DNA from: Candidatus Eiseniibacteriota bacterium
Lineage (GTDB): Bacteria > Arandabacterota > Arandabacteria > Arandabacterales > Arandabacteraceae
Direction of reading: 5' to 3'
Assembly: GCA_043810925.1 (NCBI GenBank)
Contig: JBDRNT010000172.1
Coordinates: 1-51,639 of the forward strand
Length of the DNA: 51,639 nucleotides
Each line of letters starts with the position of its first letter. The stretch's first letter is position 1. This document shows, one piece after another, positions 45,049-51,639 of the stretch. Both the position numbers and the translations under genes were made by a program. The notes under the pieces are model-generated. The model was not told where the DNA came from and did not search any database. It saw only the letters and a list, made by a program, of their open reading frames with translations.

Positions 45049-46872
45049 TTACTCAATGACAACAAGCGGGTCACCGTTCTCGACCTTGTTCCCGGGTCCG
45101 ACCAGGAACCTGCCGATCCTGCCGTCAAAGGGTGAGACGACCTTGGTTTCCATCTTCATCGCCTCAAGGACGAGTATCTCATCCCCATTCTTGACCGTAT
45201 CGCCTTCGCCTACGAGGAGTCTCAAGACATCTCCGGTAAGGGGTGCCTTGACCGTCTTACCCCGGGTAGGAGGGGGGGCCGCCGGCCCGGCTTCAGCCCT
45301 GGGTACCGAGGGTCTGACGGAAGTTACCTGGGCGCATCCACCACCGGCTAAATCCTCGACGGAGACATCGTAGCTTCTACCGTTGACCGTGACCTTAAAA
45401 GCGCTGTGCGGGACTGCCGCAGGCGTAGGTGTGGGTTCTGGAGCAGGCGCCGTGGTGGCGGCCTTTTCCGGCTTGCTGGCCGGGGTTGCTGGCTCGGGTT
45501 GCTTGAACCCGTCCCTTATGTTGAGAAACTCAAGACCCACTTCGGGGAAGAGAGCATAGGTGATCACATCCTCATCTCCGGCCCTGGGCCGGCGTCCGAG
45601 TTTCTCAACGAGTTCCTTCCGGTCCTTCTCAAGCTCCGGCTCGATGAGATCCGCGGGTCGCTGGGTTATCGGCTGCTCACCGGTCTCTGCGATCACACGA
45701 TCGACGAGTTCCTTCTTGATCTCTCCCGGTGCCTTACCGTACTTCCCCAGCAGGTAGTTCTTGGTGTGCTCGGTCAGGACCTTGTAGCGCTCGCCCTGGA
45801 GCACGTTGATCACAGCCTGGGTACCCACGACCTGACTGCTCGGAGTGACGAGCGGTGGATAGCCCATATCGGCCCTCACCCTGACGACCTCCTGAAGCAC
45901 CTCGTCATAGCGGTCCATGGCATTCTGTTTTCTGAGCTGGCTTGCGAGGTTGGAAAGCATTCCCCCCGGAACCTGTGCGGAGAGAATCCGGGTATCGACT
46001 CCTGCAAGTCCGCTCTCGTGTTCTGCGAGGTCCTTACGGACACCCTTGAAGTGCTCGGCGATCTCAATTAGGAGACCGAGATCGAGCCCTGTATCATATG
46101 GTCCGCCCGCCAGTGCCGCCACAAGACTCTCGGTTGCCGGCTGTGATGTCCCAAGGGCGAGTGGAGACAGGGCCGTGTCTATGATCGATGCTCCGGCCTC
46201 GATCCCCTTGAGGTAGCTCATCTCGCTCTGGCCCGTGGTAGCGTGGCAGTGAAGGTGAATGGGAATACTGATCTTCTTCTTGAGTGCGGAAACAAGCTGG
46301 GTCGAGGCGTGCTGGGTCAGGAGTCCGGCCATGTCCTTGATACACAGCGTGTCGGCCCCCATCTCCTCGAGTTGCATTGACATCTCAATATAAAAGTCGA
46401 GAGTATGGACGGGGCTAGTGGTGTATGAAATGCAGCCTTCCGCATGCTTACCTGCTTTCTTGGTTGCACGCATGGCCGTCTGGAGATTGCGGATATCGTT
46501 GAGCGCATCGAATATGCGAAAGACATCGATCCCGGCATCGGCGGCGAGTTCGACGAATCTTTCCACGATATCATCCGCGTAGTGTCTGTAACCGACGATG
46601 TTCTGAGCCCTCAGCAGCATCTGCATCCGCGTATTGGGGATCGCTCTCCTCAAGGTCCTCACGCGCTCCCACGGATCCTCACGCAGGAACCTTATGCAGG
46701 AGTCGAATGTCGCCCCACCCCACATCTCGAGGGAAAAGTAGCCCACGCTGTCCAACTTGTGGGCGACGGGGAGCATGGCCTTGGTGGGCATCCTTGTAGC
46801 GAGAAGTGATTGATGAGCGTCTCGAAGGATGGTGTCGGTGATCTGTACCTTTGCTGTTTGTTTCGGGGTCAC
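45049..46872 (-). CDS. oadA: Oxaloacetate decarboxylase alpha subunit (carboxyltransferase plus biotin carrier)
   Basis: [32 protein letters not shown], a Pro/Ala linker and the EAMKME biotinylation site. Confidence 0.95.
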   Translation of the reverse strand: MTPKQTAKVQITDTILRDAHQSLLATRMPTKAMLPVAHKLDSVGYFSLEMWGGATFDSCIRFLREDPWERVRTLRRAIPNTRMQMLLRAQNIVGYRHYADDIVERFVELAADAGIDVFRIFDALNDIRNLQTAMRATKKAGKHAEGCISYTTSPVHTLDFYIEMSMQLEEMGADTLCIKDMAGLLTQHASTQLVSALKKKISIPIHLHCHATTGQSEMSYLKGIEAGASIIDTALSPLALGTSQPATESLVAALAGGPYDTGLDLGLLIEIAEHFKGVRKDLAEHESGLAGVDTRILSAQVPGGMLSNLASQLRKQNAMDRYDEVLQEVVRVRADMGYPPLVTPSSQVVGTQAVINVLQGERYKVLTEHTKNYLLGKYGKAPGEIKKELVDRVIAETGEQPITQRPADLIEPELEKDRKELVEKLGRRPRAGDEDVITYALFPEVGLEFLNIRDGFKQPEPATPASKPEKAATTAPAPEPTPTPAAVPHSAFKVTVNGRSYDVSVEDLAGGGCAQVTSVRPSVPRAEAGPAAPPPTRGKTVKAPLTGDVLRLLVGEGDTVKNGDEILVLEAMKMETKVVSPFDGRIGRFLVGPGNKVENGDPLVVIE

Positions 46873-47096
46873 GACTCATCTCTCCTTTCTGCACTCTTTG
46901 ATCGAAAAACATGCGCATGCAGTGCTGCACTTACTGCGGCAATCAACTCACCGGGGACCTCACCGGCAGAAACGGCTTCCGGACCCTTGAATCTCGCAAG
47001 AAGGTGTATTACCAGAGCAAGAAGGGCAATGAAGCAGAAAACAATCGCCATACCGAGTAGGGCTATCGCATAACCAGTACCCATACCCACTTCCAT
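46869..47096 (-). CDS. oadG: Decarboxylase gamma subunit (OadG family)
   Basis: GMAIVF..IALL TM helix and ELIAAVSAALH motif; upstream of oadA. Confidence 0.88.
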   Translation of the reverse strand: MEVGMGTGYAIALLGMAIVFCFIALLALVIHLLARFKGPEAVSAGEVPGELIAAVSAALHAHVFRSKSAERRDES

Positions 47097-47122
47097 CAGC
47101 CCTCTCCTTGAGTAGGCTTACG

Positions 47123-47152
47123 AGTTTAGGCCGTGATGGAAATTGCTGTCAA
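47123..47152 (-). promoter_or_regulatory. Sigma70-type promoter for oadGAB
   Basis: Minus strand TTGACA (47152-47147), 18 nt, TAAACT (47128-47123). Confidence 0.5.
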
Positions 47153-47301
47153 CTCTTTTAAGAGTTTTTTGGTTGCAACACGGTTACCTTAAAAATATGC
47201 TCGTTCCAGCCTGGATTGGACTGTTGTCCGTGGAGTGGCAATCGGACCGGGCAGCATCAGCGAAGATCGACCGGAAGTTGGTGGGTATGCGGGCCCCGGC
47301 G

Positions 47302-47329
47302 GGAACTTTGTGGGCACAGGAAGGTAGAA
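47302..47329 (+). promoter_or_regulatory. Putative ECF-type autoregulatory promoter
   Basis: GGAACT, 16 nt, GTAGAA shortly upstream of the sigma gene; resembles sigmaE-type GGAACT..GTC promoters. Confidence 0.4.
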
Positions 47330-47347
47330 TACATTGGTAGGGGGAAG

Positions 47348-47989
47348 ATGACCCAAGACAGGGGTGAGCTCTTACCCGGGGGCGGTGCTGAGAGCGACGA
47401 GCAGTTGATGTTGCGGGTGGGGCAGGGGGATAAGAGAGCGTTCGATGAAATCGTAAGGAGATACACGTCGCGGATGGTAAATCTGGCGTATCAGATTGTG
47501 GGCGAGAGAGAACTTGCCGAGGACGTAGCGCAGGAGACCTTCTTGCGGGCATACAAGAGTGCAGCAAGGTACCGGGAGATCTCGAAGTTCTCGACCTGGC
47601 TTTACACCATAGCGATCAACCTTTGCAGGAACGAGTTGAGACGACGCAAGTTCAGGATGTACTCGCTTGAGGGGATGGCCGAGCGTGAGGACGACGACAG
47701 GTTGAGGATAGACATAGCCGATGAAAGCATGAAGCCCGATCGCGATCTCGAGAAGAAGGAGATAGGGCAGATGGTGCGCGATGCGGTGGAGATGCTGCCG
47801 GAGAAATTCAAGACACCGCTTGTGCTTCGGGACCTTCAAGAACTCACTTATGAAGAGATCGGTGGAATACTGGATCTGCCGGAGGGCACGGTGAAATCGA
47901 GGATAAACAGAGGACGGCAGAGGGTGAAGGAGATACTCACACCTCTATTTGAGCCTACGGACGAGGAGACGGCAAGCGATGGAATGTAA
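47348..47989 (+). CDS. ECF RNA polymerase sigma factor (RpoE/SigW-like)
   Basis: AEDVAQETFLRAY, FSTWLYTIAINLC and LTYEEI...L.LPEGTVKSRINRGR motifs. Confidence 0.95.
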   Translation: MTQDRGELLPGGGAESDEQLMLRVGQGDKRAFDEIVRRYTSRMVNLAYQIVGERELAEDVAQETFLRAYKSAARYREISKFSTWLYTIAINLCRNELRRRKFRMYSLEGMAEREDDDRLRIDIADESMKPDRDLEKKEIGQMVRDAVEMLPEKFKTPLVLRDLQELTYEEIGGILDLPEGTVKSRINRGRQRVKEILTPLFEPTDEETASDGM

Positions 47990-48542
47990 GCAGGTTGAAA
48001 ATCTTCTGATGGCATTGTGTGATAGGACCCTTGATGCGGAAGACGTCCGCAGTGTGGAGAATCACCTTGCCTCGTGTTCAGGTTGTGCCAGGGAGAGAGA
48101 GACAACTGCAAGGACGCTGGATGCACTTCACAGGTTTGCGCTGATAGAGCCACGCGAGGATTTCTCGGCAAGACTGTGGCAGAAGATTGATGAGTGGGAC
48201 ACCGCCAGGCGTGCGCTCTGGCTGACCGCCGTCGCAGCCTTTGTGCGGAAGAACCGCAGGGCAGTGGCCGTTTGCTGTACGGTATTTGTCATATCACTCC
48301 TTAGCGGGGTCGCTGTCTTGCGGGATATGACCGGTCGGCCGGGCCTTGAGATTGCGACAGATGAAAGACCTGCTGAGGGATTCGTGATCCGTGAGATACC
48401 GCAGTCTGTTGCCGCCGCGGATGATACTGTCTTCATGCACTTCGTCACGGGAGATCGTCCTGTGAGGCAGGATCCCCGGGCGGAGGACTACATATTCAAG
48501 CCCATGGTCAGGCCCGTCTCGGATGCCGGGCCGCCTTTCTGA
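47979..48542 (+). CDS. Zinc-binding anti-sigma factor (zf-HC2) with a TM helix
   Basis: MEC...HLASCSGC (HxxxCxxC) and a hydrophobic segment; overlaps the sigma stop. Confidence 0.88.
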   Translation: MECKQVENLLMALCDRTLDAEDVRSVENHLASCSGCARERETTARTLDALHRFALIEPREDFSARLWQKIDEWDTARRALWLTAVAAFVRKNRRAVAVCCTVFVISLLSGVAVLRDMTGRPGLEIATDERPAEGFVIREIPQSVAAADDTVFMHFVTGDRPVRQDPRAEDYIFKPMVRPVSDAGPPF

Positions 48543-48555
48543 AGTGAGGTGTGAA

Positions 48556-49722
48556 ATGAGGGAGCTCGCCTGCATACTCGTGGTGGTCGCTGTGGCGGGT
48601 GCCGCCGTGGACGGCAGGGCGCAGGGCATAGATGTCCTCGAACGAGACGTTGTCCGGCTGGTGGACGGGGTCAGCGAATCGATCGTATCGGTCGCTGCGA
48701 TCTCGGGGCCTCACGCTGCGAGGAGTGTCGGCTGCGGTATCGTTTTTGATGAGGCGGGTCTTATACTTACGACGGCCAGCGTCGTTGGCCGCGCCCTGCA
48801 GGTGGAAGTCGGTACCCGTGGGGGGAAGAAGATCGAAGGGATGGTGGTCGGCAGTGACGCGATGTCGGATCTCGCGATCATAAGAGTGGACGGTCTCAAT
48901 CTCAAGCCGGCAAAGCTCGGTGAATCTGAGAATCTGCTTCCCGGCTCTCTTGTTTTTGTGCTTGGTAACGCGTTCGGTTCGTTGCCATCCGTTTCGATGG
49001 GAGTTGTGAGTACTCCGCCCGGCCGGGTCGATAATGAGGTGGGCGAATCGATGCTCCGCCTATCGGTCGCGATCAATCCCGGTGATATCGGAGGTCCCGT
49101 CGTCAATAGCAGGGGCGAGGTGATAGGGATCGTAATCGGCCGGTTGACGTTCCAGTCGCGCTACCAGGCAGTCAGTATCCAGGAACGGGGTTCATTCAAG
49201 ATAGCAGGGACACCTCAGGTTTCGAGCATGACTGTTGCGATGCCTGCTCAAAGGGCGGTTGCCATGGCCGGCGATATCATGAAGACCGGGATGCGCGAAC
49301 CGGGCTTCCTCGGTGTTCAGGTACTCGATCTCTCTCGGGATATGAAGGGTGAGCTCGGCCGCCACGACACCGGTGTCGTAGTAACGCATGTTGTAACGGC
49401 AAGTCCGGCCGAGTCGATAGGAATAGTGGTGGGGGATGTGATCACGATGTTCGGTGCGCGGGCGGTGGAATCGGTAGGTTTCCTGCGGGACGCAGTAAGA
49501 GCTGCGAGACCCGGGGACATCACGGAGATCACCTTTGTCCGGGGTTCGAAGACCCTCTCGGATGGTGTCAGGATAAGCCGTATGGTACCCGAATACGTTC
49601 GGGAGGCATCCCTCGGGGTTCAGGGTGTTGGACCCGAAGAGGTGCAAGCCCGCATAGAGGATCTCAAGGCGGAGATCGAAATCCTGCGAACGCAGCTGAA
49701 GAATATGGAGAAGAGGCAGTAA
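48556..49722 (+). CDS. HtrA/DegS-like trypsin-PDZ protein, apparently catalytically inactive
   Basis: Signal peptide; GCG, LTTASVV, DLAII and AINPGDIGGPVVN..GEVIGI; PDZ (GFLGV, SPA..GI..GDVI); C-terminal coiled coil. Confidence 0.88.
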   Translation: MRELACILVVVAVAGAAVDGRAQGIDVLERDVVRLVDGVSESIVSVAAISGPHAARSVGCGIVFDEAGLILTTASVVGRALQVEVGTRGGKKIEGMVVGSDAMSDLAIIRVDGLNLKPAKLGESENLLPGSLVFVLGNAFGSLPSVSMGVVSTPPGRVDNEVGESMLRLSVAINPGDIGGPVVNSRGEVIGIVIGRLTFQSRYQAVSIQERGSFKIAGTPQVSSMTVAMPAQRAVAMAGDIMKTGMREPGFLGVQVLDLSRDMKGELGRHDTGVVVTHVVTASPAESIGIVVGDVITMFGARAVESVGFLRDAVRAARPGDITEITFVRGSKTLSDGVRISRMVPEYVREASLGVQGVGPEEVQARIEDLKAEIEILRTQLKNMEKRQ

Positions 49723-49863
49723 ACCCCGCAGGCAGGCCACAAGCTCCCAATTCCTCATAGATATCCAGAAAGTACTGAAGAATGACTTACATGCCCTCCA
49801 AGGCCTGAAAAGATCGTCCCACATTCGATATTTCTAGGGACATCCGGCAATGCGAGTCCACAC

Positions 49864-49892
49864 TTGACAAACATTCGACCGTATGCTAAAGT
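49864..49892 (+). promoter_or_regulatory. Sigma70-type promoter about 310 nt upstream of the terminal ORF
   Basis: TTGACA (49864-49869), 17 nt, TAAAGT (49887-49892), with an extended TG. Confidence 0.65.
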
Positions 49893-50202
49893 CTTGCCCG
49901 CGTGGTAAATGCATAGGATCTCCTGGCTGCGAAGTGTAGGCGAGGACACACATGGAAGTGGGTGGCCGTGCTGTGTCGGGTCCGGCTACTGCATTTGACC
50001 GCGTTAAGCATGAGACCTCCAGAGGTGTGACCGGTGTAGACAAGTGTTACGCAGTGGTACGCGACCTCTGGCCGCAAAATACAACAGCCGTTTGAAAGTA
50101 TCGATGGGAGGGAGGTGGTTCGAGTTAACCGCATGCTATGGATAGCATGCAACGGCACGAGAAGGTTCCATTCATCTGATCTATAGCGAAAGGAGCAGGG
50201 CA

Positions 50203-51639
50203 ATGGAAAGGCACGGTTCTAAGTGGTTTTTCTGCTGTTTGGCGGTGGTGTGTGTGCTCGGTCTTGTCACGACAGCATCAGCCAGGAGTGTGTACATTGT
50301 CGTGGATCACGAGACAGGGCAGTTTGACTCTTACGACATCGGACCTACCGGTCAAATAACGTACCAGGCAACATACAACCTTGTATACCAGACTGATCCT
50401 GGGGGAGTATGCATCGATGAAGATCCCCTGAGTGAGGCGACGCTTTTCGTCACAGGTGAGTGGAGCGACAGTGTCGAGGTTATAGATGCCGGTACATTTA
50501 CCACGATTGGGTATTTTCCTGCGCCGGGGGCGGTCGAGCTGGCCGGTATTGATATCGACGACGTCAACAACATCCTCTACGCGATGGACAGAGGCACTCC
50601 CACCCTCTATGCATTTGACTGGAATTACGGGGCGGCGACACTTACGCTTCGGGCCGGGTATCCGGTGACCCTCACCAACTGTGTTGGTGCGATGGGTATC
50701 GCGCTTGATGAGATTGCCGGCAGGCTCTATGTGGCCGACGGCTATGGCAGTATGCTGAGAGCCTATGATGTAAACACCTGGGCTGAGGTCTGGGCGTTTG
50801 CACCGAGTGTCGATCCTATGGATGTAGCGGTGGACCGCCTGCGTGGTTTCGTATACACGAGTTCGCCCGACGACTTGTGCGCTTGGGGACCTTATGGTTT
50901 CACAACTCTCTGCCAGATCGATCCGGCAACGGATACAGAGGTCACGGTTCCCTTGAACACTAATGGCGTTCTGCATGGCGGCATGGGTGTAGCAGTTGAC
51001 GAGTACTTCGGATACGTGCACGTGACCGGTGGTTGCAACGGTGATGACGTATCGATCTGGGACTTCAGCACGGTTCCGCCAACGATCATCCAGGAGACTG
51101 GATATGTCGGCGACGCTGCAGGCATATGCATGGGACCCGGTGTTGCGGACCTCGTGGTTGCGAAGGATGACGGTCTTGCCGATGACGAGTGTGTGGCTCC
51201 CGGGCGTGAAGTCACCTATACGATGGAGTATGAAAACATAGGCCTGATTCCCGTGACTGGTGCTTACCTTACGGACTATCTGCCGCCCGAGGCGATGTTT
51301 GTCTCCTGTGCCGATGGTGGGGTTTACGACATGACTAACCACCAGGTGGCCTGGACCGTCGGTGACGTAGCAGTCGCTGAGACCGGCATGAGGGAGTTTG
51401 TCGCACGTGTCGATCCGGCTGCACCTCAGGGTGGCTCGATGATGAATTTCGCCACGATCGTCAGTATGGAAACACCGCCCTACACGGATCCTGAGGAAAC
51501 GAATATCTGCGACGTCTGTGTAGGCATTGATCTGTGGTTGGAAGACATGATTGTCAATCCTGGTGACAACGTCCTGGTTCCGGTTTACATCGAGAACATC
51601 ACCGGCTGGGGTGTCATGGGCTTTGACATGGAGATCTGC
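50203..51639 (+). CDS. Partial large secreted protein: beta-propeller (YVTN/NHL-like), DUF11-like domain and the start of a cohesin-like domain
   Basis: Not in the ORF track because it runs off the window. AAAGGAG SD, ATG 50203, signal peptide ...TTASA. Repeats GIDID/GIALD/DVAVD/GVAVD..LYV; DLVVAK..PG.EVTYT...N.G...LTD.LP; then PGDNVLVPVYIEN. Confidence 0.88.
   Translation, partial: MERHGSKWFFCCLAVVCVLGLVTTASARSVYIVVDHETGQFDSYDIGPTGQITYQATYNLVYQTDPGGVCIDEDPLSEATLFVTGEWSDSVEVIDAGTFTTIGYFPAPGAVELAGIDIDDVNNILYAMDRGTPTLYAFDWNYGAATLTLRAGYPVTLTNCVGAMGIALDEIAGRLYVADGYGSMLRAYDVNTWAEVWAFAPSVDPMDVAVDRLRGFVYTSSPDDLCAWGPYGFTTLCQIDPATDTEVTVPLNTNGVLHGGMGVAVDEYFGYVHVTGGCNGDDVSIWDFSTVPPTIIQETGYVGDAAGICMGPGVADLVVAKDDGLADDECVAPGREVTYTMEYENIGLIPVTGAYLTDYLPPEAMFVSCADGGVYDMTNHQVAWTVGDVAVAETGMREFVARVDPAAPQGGSMMNFATIVSMETPPYTDPEETNICDVCVGIDLWLEDMIVNPGDNVLVPVYIENITGWGVMGFDMEIC

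Noticed and set aside
49950..50040. c-di-GMP-II riboswitch
   Set aside because: Only fragmentary resemblance; I could not build the required stems and pseudoknot.
50278..51342. 354-aa minus-strand ORF
   Set aside because: It is the shadow of the plus-strand secreted protein starting at 50203.

Overview
A GC-rich bacterial chromosome segment. Secreted proteins with a FlgD-Ig/T9SS-like C-terminal domain and TWGxVKALYR tails suggest an FCB-associated candidate phylum such as Eisenbacteria, Krumholzibacteriota or Latescibacterota; this is inference only. The first ~2.25 kb looks like the end of an integrative element: a partial Cys-rich ORF and a large serine recombinase whose 3' end carries a palindrome and a tRNA-fMet-like remnant. 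Next come a GT2 gene and a long housekeeping run: murJ-uvrC-ogt-MBL-xerD-tRNA nucleotidyltransferase; M50 protease-trpS-scpA-scpB-rluB-cmk-plsC-ispH-rpsA; tRNA-Val; thrS-infC-rplT(no rpmI)-pheS-pheT-zapB-zapA-[6S-like RNA]-rny-ymdB-folD-xseA-xseB-ispA-dxs-nadK-recN-DUF362. An accessory block follows: secreted M14 carboxypeptidase, two secreted rhodaneses, a Cys-rich membrane peptide and DUF2061. The rest is tRNA-Arg, a beta-barrel/lipoprotein pair, oadGAB, an ECF sigma/anti-sigma/inactive HtrA operon and a partial secreted propeller protein. The best leads are: (1) a short C-terminal TWGxVKALYR putative sorting signal; (2) a compact 6S-like RNA whose single-stranded parts are complementary to the zapB-zapA spacer; (3) the att-like tRNA remnant in the recombinase; (4) a 47-bp perfect REPIN-like inverted repeat and other REP-like families; (5) loss of rpmI from its operon; (6) a pseudo-protease in the ECF operon. 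All calls come from motif recognition by eye. No searches or folding programs were run.
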